Source of the DNA: Rhodospirillales bacterium
Lineage (GTDB): Bacteria > Pseudomonadota > Alphaproteobacteria > Bin95
DNA: 64,000 nucleotides
Direction: 5' to 3'
Assembly (NCBI GenBank): GCA_038143065.1
Contig: JAYQLI010000035.1
Span: 2,176,894 to 2,240,893 of the forward strand
Part shown: piece by piece, positions 44,910-55,804 of the stretch
Layout: every line of letters starts with the position of its first letter
Position numbering within the stretch: position 1 is the first letter of the stretch
Program-made: the position numbers and the translations under genes
The notes under the pieces: model-generated
The model's database searches: none
Told to the model about the DNA's origin: nothing
Seen by the model: only the letters and a program-made list of their open reading frames with translations

Positions 44910-45048
44910 TCCTATCCTGAGAGCGCATTATTAGTTGATGCTTTAAATAATACCTTGTCCAGCAAAATAGGATGCTCGATTCCAAACATGTCACAGATTT
45001 CTGTACGGATCATTCTTTGCCTCTATTCGACATGATTTGAAATGAATC

Positions 45049-45474
45049 TTAAGAGATTACTCCATCACGAAGTGCTTGCTGACGCTCTAATTGAGGGCCT
45101 TTTCCTGGCATAACCATTTGCGTTTGGCTGACTACGGCTAACTTTTTACCTTCAGTATTGGTAATAACGGTTTGCCAAACTTGAGTGGTACGGCCCACAT
45201 GAATGGGTAGCGACTCCCCTATTAGTTTTCCTAGGGTTGCTCCTCGTAGGAAGTTTGTTTTTGATTCCAGGGTGGATGTTACACAACCATCCGGCAGATT
45301 CATAATAGCTCCGCGCGCTCCCAGTGTATCAGCAAAGGCCATGTATATGCCGCCATGGACGACCCCATTGCCATTGGAATGTTCATCGCCGGTAAGCATT
45401 TCGGCCAAAATACGAGATTTTGACGTTTCTATCCAATCGATTTTCAATGCCTCAATAAAACTTGTGTAGCTCAA
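45049..45474 (-). CDS. PaaI family thioesterase
   Basis: NGNGVVHGG and TLESKTNFL. Confidence 0.9.
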   Translation of the reverse strand: MSYTSFIEALKIDWIETSKSRILAEMLTGDEHSNGNGVVHGGIYMAFADTLGARGAIMNLPDGCVTSTLESKTNFLRGATLGKLIGESLPIHVGRTTQVWQTVITNTEGKKLAVVSQTQMVMPGKGPQLERQQALRDGVIS

Positions 45475-45542
45475 AACAAAACATCCTTTAAATTAAATGG
45501 TGGTTGTCCAAGAGTAAGCCTTTAAAATCGATGGACGAGTTA

Positions 45543-46895
45543 TTAAGCGCGCCCAATCAAGAGGCTCGGATCTGGTGCATTTGGAAGCTGTGCTGAAGGT
45601 ATGTAATTCGGCCGTTTCCACTCTAGACTGTCAAAAGCCCCTGCTGGACTTATAGCAGACCAATTAATCGCCACTGTTCCTGTTTCACGGCAAACCCACG
45701 CAGGGTCTGGGGCCGATATGGAGGCTTGTGCCATCCAGCTGCTTGCAGCAGTACTATTCCCGTCAGCTTTCAGCTCGATATCAGCCATTAAACGGCAAAC
45801 GCGAGCATCAGTATCACTTTCACTTAATTGGCGAATGTGGCTTCGTGCTTCTTCAAAGTGCCCAAACCTCACAGCCTCTCGAGCTAGCATTATCCGAGAT
45901 TCAGGGTGATCCATGTTTGTTGATGCAAGTGCTTTGAACTTAGCGAATTGTTTTTCAGATCGGTGTACCTCAATAGCGGCCTCAAAAATGGGAAGTAAAT
46001 TAGGATGTGGCGATAAATGCCAAGCTGAAGAAATAGCCTTTTCAGCTTTGCCAACTCTCCCAAAACGGATCTCCATTTCTGCATATTGTATAACAGCCGG
46101 TATGAAATTTGGCTCAGCGTTGTATGCCTCTTTCCCAAACAAAAGAGCCCGTTTTTCATCATTTTGAGCGGCACATTCGCGACTTGCTTCTATATCTACT
46201 ACAGCGCGCCAATGCTTCGCTTGTTGACTGTTTACTAATTTCTTACGTTCTAGCTGTCGCAGACTCTCTCGAGCTTTAATCCAATGCCTAGCAAGAGCTT
46301 GGACGCGAAAGAGTGACTCCAGAACCCAAGGTGTGCTGGGGTTCGTCTTATTTGCATTATCTAGCAAAGCTAAAGCCCGGCTGATATCCCCGTCACGCCG
46401 AGCTTGGTTGTAAAGTCCTTGCAAGCCTAGAAGCCTAGCCTCGTCAATTTCTGTCATCTCTTCAAAGAGATTAACAGCGATGGCAAACTCACCATTTTTT
46501 TCAGCTATTTGAGCAGCAAGCATTTTATTGAGTGCCTGATTGGGAGGTAAGCGAGCCTCCGCACGAATTTGCTGTTTTGACGCTTCTTTCATATCGCCCG
46601 TGGACAGAGCTACCATGCCGCGGGTCAGAGCTTTAAAGCCTTCTTCGTGCCGCCGCTGTCTTAAATTGCCTATTATTGCACGGGGCTTTTGCCACAGTGC
46701 CCAAATACCAAAATTCCATAGAATTAAAAAAATCAACAAAAGGCATGTTGCAGCGACGGCTACCTCATCAGGTGCATAGGGACCTACAATCCAGTTGCCC
46801 CAGGTCAATTCTATTTGAGTTGGTGCAGCGCTGAGAATTTGTACTGCCCAAATAAGTCCTGCCGTAACGGCAAAAAAAGCTAACGTTCCAACCAT
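45543..46895 (-). CDS. hemY: HemY N-terminal/TPR protein (alphaproteobacterial heme-cluster HemY)
   Basis: Two N-terminal TM segments, GFKALTRGMVAL, TPRs and C-terminal PDPAWVC...WSAISP...FDSLEWK. Confidence 0.85.
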   Translation of the reverse strand: MVGTLAFFAVTAGLIWAVQILSAAPTQIELTWGNWIVGPYAPDEVAVAATCLLLIFLILWNFGIWALWQKPRAIIGNLRQRRHEEGFKALTRGMVALSTGDMKEASKQQIRAEARLPPNQALNKMLAAQIAEKNGEFAIAVNLFEEMTEIDEARLLGLQGLYNQARRDGDISRALALLDNANKTNPSTPWVLESLFRVQALARHWIKARESLRQLERKKLVNSQQAKHWRAVVDIEASRECAAQNDEKRALLFGKEAYNAEPNFIPAVIQYAEMEIRFGRVGKAEKAISSAWHLSPHPNLLPIFEAAIEVHRSEKQFAKFKALASTNMDHPESRIMLAREAVRFGHFEEARSHIRQLSESDTDARVCRLMADIELKADGNSTAASSWMAQASISAPDPAWVCRETGTVAINWSAISPAGAFDSLEWKRPNYIPSAQLPNAPDPSLLIGRA

Positions 46896-46898
46896 GAC

Positions 46899-48301
46899 CT
46901 AAGTTTCCCCTACCGCTGTCATGATAGCTTTTTCCAGGCCTCTGATGTCTTGAATTGCACTATGATTTGCCTGTGCCTTAGTCAGCCATTCACTAAAATA
47001 TGAAGCGTCGATGCCGTTTAGAATAGAAACTTCCTGTACAGCTTTTACGACATTACCTTTTTGCAGAGCTGCTTCCGCCCTTGAGGCAACGGCAGCAGGA
47101 CCATTCCCCAGTGTGGTTGGGCTTACCTGCCGGATCTTAAGTCGGTACACGACCTTTGATACCAACCAAGAAATCCATGACTCGTTTGGGTTTTTGGCAG
47201 TTTTTTGCCTACTACGACGAATTTTTTGAGCCACTTCCGCCATACCATCCTTTAATTGTGACGCGTTTGGCAGGCCTGAGGATGCAAATATTATCCATGA
47301 ACCAGTACGCAGAACTTCAGCGTTGGGAAGGGCTTTCTGCGCGCGCTCAAGCGCTGAATTAAAAGGCTGGCCTGTCTCTGCTGTTCTTCTAAGATCATTT
47401 AGAGCTAACAAGGCACGAATAGTCGGTTGTAAGATGGAAGATCCAGATTGAGGACCTAATTCAGCAGTTTTAACGTTCTCTTTTTCAAGCGCTGAATTGG
47501 AAATTTCCACCTCACCAGTAATGGATGGGTTGCTTCGGTCTAGTATTTTTTGAGCAGTTTTCGTTGAGTCAGCTGTATCTTGCTGGCTCTCTATAATAAC
47601 CATACGCTCTTCTATCGACTGAAGTGCTTTCCTGGCATCGTCCAGCGACTTGATAAAAGAAGAGGCAGTTTCATCTATTCGGGTTGCATTCAAGTTGGCT
47701 GTTTCTTGCGCCGATTTACTTGCCTTAAGTGCTTCATCCGCCTTTGGAGATTCTTGAACATGAATGGCAGTTTCCCGCTTCAGCTGTTCTACATCCACAA
47801 CCAGACCATCTAACTGTGATGTCCGGTTAGCTTTTGCATCGTTCATGGCAGCTTTTAAAGCTGCAACAGAGGCTTCTGTTTCCTTAAGTTTTGATTTTGT
47901 GGATGCTTGGTTAAGTTCAATAGCTTTAACTGCTGAGAAATTTTCCGATGATAGCTTTTCTGCGGCCGCTGCTTTATCCAAGCCAGCTTTTATGGGAGGG
48001 GCATCGCTCAACGATAACTGGTTCCTAAGAACCGATGGGTCAATTATTGAAATGTAAACAAGGGAACCAAAACCCAAAGTTAAAAACAGTAGCCATAGAA
48101 ATGTTACAGGACGCAATTTTTTGTGTTTTGGTTTTAATTTTGGGGTTGAATGGTCTTTGGAAACTTCTTGAAAGTTAGATTTGTTTTCGCCTTGATTTGA
48201 TGCCGTATTCTGGGAATCCTCCTTCTTGGGATATCCTCAAATTCAGTCTCGACCGGTGCCAATAGTAGATTGCTTTTTGGATCGACAGTATCGCTGTTCA
48301 T
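46899..48301 (-). CDS. Mitofilin/Mic60-like (COG4223) membrane-anchored coiled-coil protein; frameshift near 48230
   Basis: TM segment, long coiled coil and C-terminal ASRAEAALQKGNVVKAVQEV...WL. Located between hemD and hemY; ATG 48301 overlaps the hemD stop. Confidence 0.78.
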
Positions 48302-49059
48302 TATACTTCCTCAGCTCCATCCAATTCTCCTAAATTAACCGAATTTTCGGTAATCAATTTCGTAATTTCTGACGCTATGGGCTGCTTTGCTATCAGTATT
48401 TTGTGCCATGGCAGTATAGCTAAAGGCTCGGCCGCTCTCGGGCTTATAGCAACAGCAATAGTGTGGGTGATGGAATGCATAAGTGATGCTTTAGCAACCA
48501 GTTGAACAAATGTCTTGCTACTTTGTGACGAGAAGAAAGTTGCATAGGAAATGCTTCCAGATGCAAGGCCTGCTGCGCAAGAAGTTGGAAGAGATTTAGC
48601 AGGAGTAACTTTATAAAGACTTATGTGCTCGACATTAAAACCAGATTTTGTGAGTGGTTTTGTCAAATTGAAGCCTACTTGAACCCCGCTCACATGTAGC
48701 AGATTGCCCAAACTTGGACTCAGTTTAGTGATTATTAATTGGAGCAGATCTTCTCCGCTGCCATTCGCATTCTCAATGTTTTTGAACCCTAGTTTCTGGG
48801 CAGTATCAGCGGTCCTGGAACCGACTGCAAACAATGGAGTGGAGCGTATATCAGTTTGGTTTGCTAGCGCTCGCACCCCATTTGCGCTGGTCAATAAAAA
48901 AGCCTGAAAATTGCGGAAATTTGCATTTGGTTTTGGGGTAAATTCAACTGAAGAAAGCGACTCTACGAGAGGTTGGAAGCCAGCTCTGATAATTTTCCTT
49001 GCAAAATCGCTGGCGCCAGGCTCTGGCCGAGTTATCAAAATGACAGGAAGTTTACTCAC
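48301..49059 (-). CDS. hemD: Uroporphyrinogen-III synthase
   Basis: LITRPEP, TSANGV, AVGSRTA and FFSS. Confidence 0.92.
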   Translation of the reverse strand: MSKLPVILITRPEPGASDFARKIIRAGFQPLVESLSSVEFTPKPNANFRNFQAFLLTSANGVRALANQTDIRSTPLFAVGSRTADTAQKLGFKNIENANGSGEDLLQLIITKLSPSLGNLLHVSGVQVGFNLTKPLTKSGFNVEHISLYKVTPAKSLPTSCAAGLASGSISYATFFSSQSSKTFVQLVAKASLMHSITHTIAVAISPRAAEPLAILPWHKILIAKQPIASEITKLITENSVNLGELDGAEEV

Positions 49060-50000
49060 GGAAGGAATAAGGCCGCTTCGCCATTGGCCCGAAGTTCCGC
49101 GCCTGCGTCTTGGCCAAGAGCAATACTGTCGCTAGAAGACCCGAAGCGCTCAACTCTCCAGCTTTTCATTCCGTCTTCGCGGGCGAGCATAGCAGATAGC
49201 CGAAGGCCTCCGTTTTGATCAAGTTCTGCATGAGCTCCAATTGGAGTCCTGCAAGATCCGTCAAGTTCAGCTAAAAGTGCACGCTCTGTTTCTACAACAA
49301 TGGTTGATTCTGGGCATCCTATTTCAGCTAACATTTGACCAACAGCCTCATCATCTTGTCTTGCTTCTATACCAATGGCACCTTGTGCTGCCGCGGGTAT
49401 CATTAACGATGGTGATAAAATTTCCGTGATCACTTCCGGTTGCTTTAGCCGGTCAAGCCCAGCTTTAGCTAACAAAGTTGCTTCTGCTTCTCCTTTGGCC
49501 AACTTAGCCAAGCGCGTCCCAACATTACCGCGAAATGGAATGACGTTGAGGTCTGGTCGCACTGAAAGGATCTGTGCTTTTCGGCGCAGTGAAGATGTTC
49601 CTACTCGCGCACCTTTTGGCAAGTCCATTAAGCCCTTTCCACTATTGGAAATGAGCGCGTCCCTAGGGTCTGCTCGCTTTAGCACAGAAACGATTGCAAA
49701 GCCTTTAGGAAGTATAGTTTCCACATCCTTCATAGAGTGAACGGCAATATCTATTTTGTTAGCAGCCAAGGCTTCTTGAATTTCCTTGGCAAATAATCCC
49801 TTGCCACCAATATCTGCCAGCGGGCGATCCTGAATTTTATCACCAGCAGTCAGTATTTTGACTATTTCGATGCTGTTAGGTTCTGAAAACTCCGGGAACT
49901 TAGAGCGCAGTTCTTGGGCCACATGATTCGCTTGCCAAAGTGCTAATGGCGAACCTCGGGAGCCGATTCGAAGAGGGTTTTTAACGTCGAAAACTTTCAT
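49056..50000 (-). CDS. hemC: Hydroxymethylbilane synthase
   Basis: GSRGSPLALWQA, GGKGLF, HSMKD, GTSSLRR and GSCRTPI. Confidence 0.98.
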   Translation of the reverse strand: MKVFDVKNPLRIGSRGSPLALWQANHVAQELRSKFPEFSEPNSIEIVKILTAGDKIQDRPLADIGGKGLFAKEIQEALAANKIDIAVHSMKDVETILPKGFAIVSVLKRADPRDALISNSGKGLMDLPKGARVGTSSLRRKAQILSVRPDLNVIPFRGNVGTRLAKLAKGEAEATLLAKAGLDRLKQPEVITEILSPSLMIPAAAQGAIGIEARQDDEAVGQMLAEIGCPESTIVVETERALLAELDGSCRTPIGAHAELDQNGGLRLSAMLAREDGMKSWRVERFGSSSDSIALGQDAGAELRANGEAALFLP

Positions 50001-50094
50001 CTTGAGTGTTGGTATACCTGTCGTGCAGGACTTGCGGAAGTGATGAAGCTTGAGGAGAATTATAGTTTCTAAAAGAGCGTCGAGGAATTCTCAT

Positions 50095-51309
50095 ATGTCG
50101 GGCCAAATTTTTGAGGGATTAAAGGTTATTGATTGCGCTAGTTTTATAGCTGCTCCAGTCGCCGCAACGTTTATGGCCGACTTTGGTGCAGATGTTGTTA
50201 AGATAGAAGCTCCTGGGGGTGACCCTTACAGGTCGTTGTATCAAGGCCCAGGAATGCCGGTTGCTGATTTTGACTATGCATGGTTTGCTGACAATCGTTC
50301 AAAACGCGGTATTTGTCTTGATCTCAAGCAGGTTAGCGCACGTGAGATTCTTTTAAAGCTTGTTGCCGAAGCAGATGTCTTCGTTACTAATTTTCCCTTT
50401 CCCGTTAGGGAAAAATTAAAACTTCGTTATGAAGACCTTATAAGCGCCAACCCAAAATTAATTTATGCGTCACTTACAGCATATGGGGAAGAAGGCGAGG
50501 AGGCTAATAAGACAGGTTTCGACTCTACCGCACTATGGGCGCGATCCGGTTTAATGGACATGATAAAATCTTCGCCTGACGAAGCCCCAGCTCGCTCCGC
50601 TCCCGGGATGGGTGATCATCCTACCGGCACAGCCCTTTTCGCAGGAATTGCTATGGCCCTATACCAAAGGGAGAAGACAGGTGAGGGCTCCTACGTATCG
50701 AGTTCGTTAGTTGCTAATGGGGCCTGGTGGAATTCATTTTATTTACAGGCAGCGCTCAGTGGTGCCGAAATTCCAGTGAGGCCGCATCGGGATGAGTGGT
50801 TCAATGCATTATCAAATCACTACCGATGTAAGGATGGGCGTTGGTTCATTTTGGCATTGGTGAATGAAATGCGACAGATTGATTGGTTTATTAAAGCAAT
50901 TGATAGACCTGATATTATTGAGGACCCACGTTTCAAGACACTAGAACTTCGCAAAAAAAATGCAAAAGCTCTGACCAAAATTTTGGATGATGTTTTTATC
51001 AAGAAGGACTGGGAAGAGTGGCGTCAGATTCTGGGCAATCATGGAATAACCTTTGGTGTTGTTCGTAAAACGTCAGATATTCCAAAGGACCAAACATTTG
51101 AGGATGCTGGAGCGGTGATTGACGCCGGAGTTGGGAACCCCGCAACTAAAACCATTGGCACACCCGTTTTCATGCGAGGTCATTAAAAAGCACCTGTTCG
51201 ACCAGCTCCTTCGGTGGGGCAACATAATAATGAGATTTTGGCAGAGCTAGGTTATTCTGCCAACGAAATAGCCAACCTCCGTGCGGGGGGCGCAATTCAA
51301 GATGGGTAG
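50095..51309 (+). CDS. Class III CoA transferase; in-frame TAA at 51184
   Basis: ADFGADVVKIE, NRSKR and GDHPTG. The same frame continues APSVGQHNNEILAELGY to TAG 51307-51309. Confidence 0.88.
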
Positions 51310-51312
51310 TAT

Positions 51313-52020
51313 TTGAGCATGAAGAATGATTTGGACCTTCAGAATGCGCTGAAAACTGTTTTCGATTCTGATTCCGCTCTTTATCAAAACAGAGGTTTTC
51401 AGAGACGCATCGGTTATGGCACAAGACCTGCAGTTGTGAATATTGACCTTGCCAATGCTTGGACGCGTCCTGGTCATGCCTTCACTTGTGCGAATTGTGA
51501 TGAAATCATTGAGGCAACCAATCGCGTTTTGAAGCCCGCACGTGACCTGAAAATTCCCATCATTTTCACAACAACAGCCTATGCTGTCACAGAGGGTCCA
51601 AATACGGACATGGGAATGTGGGGGCGGAAAATTCCTTGCGAGACTCTCAAGATAGGAAGCGAGGCAGTAGAAATCGATAGTCGTCTCAATGTGCGGTTGG
51701 ATGAGCATATCATAATTAAAAAGCGAGCAAGTGCATTCCATGGCACCATGCTAGCGGGTTTGCTGAGAGCCGCAGACGTGGACACCGTTATTATCACAGG
51801 AACTACTGCAAGCGCGTGCGTACGAAACACCGTCGAAGACGCTATCGCTGAGGGTTTTCGCCCCATCGTGCCGCGTGAGACGATAGGAGATCGTATTGCT
51901 GGTGCTATTGAATGGAACTTATTTGATATAGATGCAAAATTCGGAGATGTAGAGCCTGTTGAAAACGTGGTTCGTTATCTTGAGGGTTTGAATGGTGCTC
52001 CCAGGAAAGCCGTCGAATAA
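51313..52020 (+). CDS. Isochorismatase family cysteine hydrolase (NicF/N-carbamoylsarcosine amidase-like)
   Basis: VNID, KKRASAF and GTTASACVRNT. Confidence 0.88.
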   Translation: MSMKNDLDLQNALKTVFDSDSALYQNRGFQRRIGYGTRPAVVNIDLANAWTRPGHAFTCANCDEIIEATNRVLKPARDLKIPIIFTTTAYAVTEGPNTDMGMWGRKIPCETLKIGSEAVEIDSRLNVRLDEHIIIKKRASAFHGTMLAGLLRAADVDTVIITGTTASACVRNTVEDAIAEGFRPIVPRETIGDRIAGAIEWNLFDIDAKFGDVEPVENVVRYLEGLNGAPRKAVE

Positions 52021-52033
52021 GGAATTATGAAAA

Positions 52034-53968
52034 TTGACGCAATTTCCCAATTTATTCAGTGAGATAACATTAGCGAGTTCTCGACTTCGGAATCGTATAG
52101 CGTTGCCGGCGACAGTCACTAATCTGGCTAAAAGCAACCGTATAACGGAAGCTTACAAAAATTTCTTGATCGAGAGGGCGAAAGGCGGAGCTGCCATGTT
52201 AATCACGGAAGTGATTGCAGTAGACCCAAATGCCATTGCACAACCAGCTATCGTTACAGGTTTCGACGAGTCTAATGATGAGGATTTTGCTGATCTAGCT
52301 TCTCGCGTGAATGCTGAAGGCGCAATTTTGATTGGCCAACTATGGCACCCCGGCAAACAGCAATTATGGGGAGCCACTTCCTCCCCTATGGGTGTATCCG
52401 ATCAGCCAGACGCTTATAGTTGGACTGTACCCAGAGTCATGACCCATGGGGAGATTGAAGGTGTCATTTCAGCCTATATAAATGTCGCCGTTAAGCTTTC
52501 TAAATTAGGTTACAACGGCGTCGAATTACATGGTGCTCATGGTTACCTAATTAATCAGTTTCTATCTCCATGGTCGAATTTTAGGGAAGACCGATGGGGA
52601 GGTTCTGTCGAGAATAGAATGCGTTTTGCTTGTCAAATTGCGACCGGTATCAAGGCTGAAGCGGGACATAATTTTATTGTTGGTTTAAAGATGCCTGGGA
52701 CAGAAGAGGTCGAGGGTGGAATTGATCCGCATGAGGCTGAAAAACTGACACGGGCACTTTCTGAGACAGGTGTTTTTGATTATTTCGCCTACGGTCAGGG
52801 CAATTTCTCATTGAGTCTCGAAAGCCACGTGCCTGATATTAATTATCGACCAGGCCATTTTCTTGAAATTCATAAAAGGATGAAGCAAGCAGCAGGCGAT
52901 GTAGCTGTGATGGCACTTGGCCGAATAGGGCATCCAGAAGAGGCTGAAAATGCTTTGTTGTCTGGGCAAGGTGATTTAATCGGAATGACTAGAGCCCTTA
53001 TAGCTGACCCGGATTGGGCTAAAAAAGCTGAAGCAGGAAAAACTCGATACATACGACCAACTACATTTGATAACGTTGCTTGGGGGCTAGTCCATCAAGG
53101 AAAACCTCTGCTGGATCACCTAAATCCACTTATTGGGATTTCAGGAGAGAGTGGTTGGGAACCTCTGCCTAGCCAACAGCCTAAGACTGTCGCAGTAGTG
53201 GGTGCAGGACCCGCGGGTTTACAAGCCGCTTGGGTTGCGGCAAGGCGAGGGCATGATGTTGTCCTATTTGGTCGTCGCTTAGGTGGCGCACTGGATATGG
53301 AAGCTAAGTTGCCGGGGCGCTCAGATATGGGGCGCATAATAACCTGGCAAAAATTGATGGCTGAAGATGCAGGCGTGAATTTTCGATTGGGTAAGCTCGC
53401 GTCAGTAGATGAAGTGCGCCAGGTAACGGATACAATAATTCTGGCTTCTGGTGCAGATCAGCGTTGGCCAGATTCTCTTGCACCCACAAAGGAGCCTGTT
53501 TTTGCCGCTCGTTCATTTGATTTTGCAAAATGGAACGGTGGTCGTCGAAGAGCAGTCCTCTTTGATCACGATCAAACAGCTGCGGTTTATGGGTTTGCTG
53601 ATCTACTTGCAGAACATTTTGAAGAATTGATTTTGATGACGCCGCGCCCACAATTTGCAGAGGGAGTAAATTACTGCAGTTCCATCGGAGTTTTTCGAAG
53701 ACTCTATAGTGCTGGAGTTAAGCTTTTGCCGGCGGCAGTCCCTGTTTCTTTCGAAAACAGAAAAGTCTCTTCGTCAAATCCTTACAGTAGGGAGATACAA
53801 AACATCGAAGATGTTGATCTTCTTATCTACGCAACACCGAGGTCACCTAATTTGTCGCTAGCGGATAAATTGGAGGACCTAAATCCTATTCGAATAGGAG
53901 ATTGTCAGAGCCCGCGCCCACTCATTGGAGCCATTCATTCGGGACAGGCTGCTGGGCTTCAAGTTTAA
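52034..53968 (+). CDS. NADH:flavin oxidoreductase (OYE TIM barrel plus FAD domain)
   Basis: RAKGG, ELHGAHGYLINQFLSP and VVGAGPAG. Confidence 0.9.
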   Translation: MTQFPNLFSEITLASSRLRNRIALPATVTNLAKSNRITEAYKNFLIERAKGGAAMLITEVIAVDPNAIAQPAIVTGFDESNDEDFADLASRVNAEGAILIGQLWHPGKQQLWGATSSPMGVSDQPDAYSWTVPRVMTHGEIEGVISAYINVAVKLSKLGYNGVELHGAHGYLINQFLSPWSNFREDRWGGSVENRMRFACQIATGIKAEAGHNFIVGLKMPGTEEVEGGIDPHEAEKLTRALSETGVFDYFAYGQGNFSLSLESHVPDINYRPGHFLEIHKRMKQAAGDVAVMALGRIGHPEEAENALLSGQGDLIGMTRALIADPDWAKKAEAGKTRYIRPTTFDNVAWGLVHQGKPLLDHLNPLIGISGESGWEPLPSQQPKTVAVVGAGPAGLQAAWVAARRGHDVVLFGRRLGGALDMEAKLPGRSDMGRIITWQKLMAEDAGVNFRLGKLASVDEVRQVTDTIILASGADQRWPDSLAPTKEPVFAARSFDFAKWNGGRRRAVLFDHDQTAAVYGFADLLAEHFEELILMTPRPQFAEGVNYCSSIGVFRRLYSAGVKLLPAAVPVSFENRKVSSSNPYSREIQNIEDVDLLIYATPRSPNLSLADKLEDLNPIRIGDCQSPRPLIGAIHSGQAAGLQV

Positions 53969-54002
53969 TTTAGTGTTCCTGACATATTCAAATTAGCGCA
54001 GG

Positions 54003-54434
54003 CTACAGGGGGATAACGTCCTCGAAATCCACGTCAAGCGCCATTGCAAGCATCTGACAGATTTCCACTGAAGGAGTAATTGCTCCTGTTTCAAACGCTT
54101 CAATATCGTCTTCTTGAAAACCAATGAATCCTGCTAGAGCTTCTTGGGTGAGTTCTCTCTCTTCTCTCCATACAAGGATTGGATTTTCTCCCGCATCTAT
54201 GCGGGTTTTTACAGCTTCTGGAATTGGCCCTCTTGGGGGACGTGGAGGTGGCGGTGGCATTTCAAACTCTGAACCAAAGCCTGGAGGCAACTCAGGAGGC
54301 TCTTGATCAATATGATTTGAAGACCCTGCGCGGCGCGCTTCTAAAAGGCCATAATACTCACTGATGGGTAATACAGCGTATGCAGGTCGGCCGTCAGGAC
54401 CCGCAATAAATTGAACATTGATTGTTTGGGACAT
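54003..54434 (-). CDS. XRE-family helix-turn-helix protein (HigA-like)
   Basis: N-terminal GRPAYAVLPISEY and C-terminal WREERELTQEALA...ETG. Confidence 0.8.
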   Translation of the reverse strand: MSQTINVQFIAGPDGRPAYAVLPISEYYGLLEARRAGSSNHIDQEPPELPPGFGSEFEMPPPPPRPPRGPIPEAVKTRIDAGENPILVWREERELTQEALAGFIGFQEDDIEAFETGAITPSVEICQMLAMALDVDFEDVIPL

Positions 54435-54444
54435 GGTATAACCT

Positions 54445-54885
54445 TCAAGTTTTCTCAGAGAATTTTGGTTGGATCCACTTGGCGAATATGGATCGTGGTT
54501 CTTCTGTCCAATCTATGCTTTCGTAAAACCCAATTACTTTTTGATTGTTGGGTCTGACCAAAAGCTGTGCCTTACGCAAACCCCTCCCTGAAAACCAGGC
54601 AGACGCCGCGTTCATCATTTCGCGACCGAGCCCTTGCCCTTTCCGTGAAGGGTCGACTCCAAAATAGTAGACCCATCCTCTATGCCCATCGTCCCCAACC
54701 ATGCAGGCAGCAACAATTTTATTATCTTCTTCTCCAACAAGTACTGCTGACTGTGGTTGCGAGAGTGCACGGTCGAAGTCCTCGTGTGGTGGGTTGTGGT
54801 CGACCAAGAGGCCGGCGGATCGCCAGAGAGCGACGACTTGATCACGGTCAGACTGTGTGGCGTCACGAAGATACATCAGGGACAA
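54445..54885 (-). CDS. GNAT acetyltransferase (YpeA-like)
   Basis: MVGDDGHRGWVYY, RKGQGLGR and FYE. Confidence 0.88.
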   Translation of the reverse strand: MSLMYLRDATQSDRDQVVALWRSAGLLVDHNPPHEDFDRALSQPQSAVLVGEEDNKIVAACMVGDDGHRGWVYYFGVDPSRKGQGLGREMMNAASAWFSGRGLRKAQLLVRPNNQKVIGFYESIDWTEEPRSIFAKWIQPKFSEKT

Positions 54886-55607
54886 CCGAGTTTGTCAGCG
54901 AGATCAATGAAAGATATTGCAGAAATGTCGATAGACGGATCTGGAGTTAGATCTTTGATTTGCCTGGGACCATGTTCAGTTGGGCGAGGCACAAATGCAG
55001 TTCTGAGACCGCAACGTGCTGCTGCATTGAGATCGTCATTGTGAGCTGCAGTCATTATCACTTCTGAGGGAGCTAAGCCAAGCAAGTCGCAAGCACGCAA
55101 GTAGCTCTCGGGCATTGGCTTATACGCTTGGCAAACTTCAGCCCCCAAAATGGTGTCCCAGGGTAAGCCCGCGTGTTTGGCCATGTTAACCATAAGGGCC
55201 ACATTTCCATTTGATTGGGTAGCAATAATGAATTTCTTTTTGAGACGCGTTAACCCCAGAGGGGAATCGTCCCATGGGCTAAGGCGGTGCCAAGCGCGGT
55301 TCAAGTGATCTAGTTCTAAATCGGAAAGCCCAGAGATGCCAAACTCTGGCAGGATATTCTCTAGGTTCTCTCGGTGTAGGATATCTAGTTTAGTAAACGG
55401 ACGCGTGCCTGAACGAACTTCTTCCATAGCTGGTTGATACCGGCGCCGCCAGGCATCTGCGAAGGCATGCCAATCAAGGTCATAACCTTTAGGTTGCAGC
55501 ATATTCGCCGCCTCTTTGGCTATGGAGGTACGCCAATCGACAACAGTGCCAAAGACATCAAATATTAAGGCTTTCGCGTTATCTAAGCTCATATCTGCAC
55601 TTTTCAT
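54876..55607 (-). CDS. Haloacid dehalogenase type II (HAD)
   Basis: FDVFGTVVDWR, SNGN, YKP and AAHNDDL. Confidence 0.9.
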   Translation of the reverse strand: MKSADMSLDNAKALIFDVFGTVVDWRTSIAKEAANMLQPKGYDLDWHAFADAWRRRYQPAMEEVRSGTRPFTKLDILHRENLENILPEFGISGLSDLELDHLNRAWHRLSPWDDSPLGLTRLKKKFIIATQSNGNVALMVNMAKHAGLPWDTILGAEVCQAYKPMPESYLRACDLLGLAPSEVIMTAAHNDDLNAAARCGLRTAFVPRPTEHGPRQIKDLTPDPSIDISAISFIDLADKLGCP

Positions 55608-55804
55608 TTTTAATCGTCTGAGCGTTTATTAGCGCTTTAACTTTGGTTTATCCAAGCTCTTATTTTGCTCTAACAATGCTGCACTCATTTCAACTCCGTA
55701 AAAGATTTGAGATCTATTTTCGATGGGGTTATCGGCACAGACGGTACTAGTGGTAATAGATCACTCGCTTATTCTCCACACCAAAATATTGAGGAGCCAA
55801 GATA

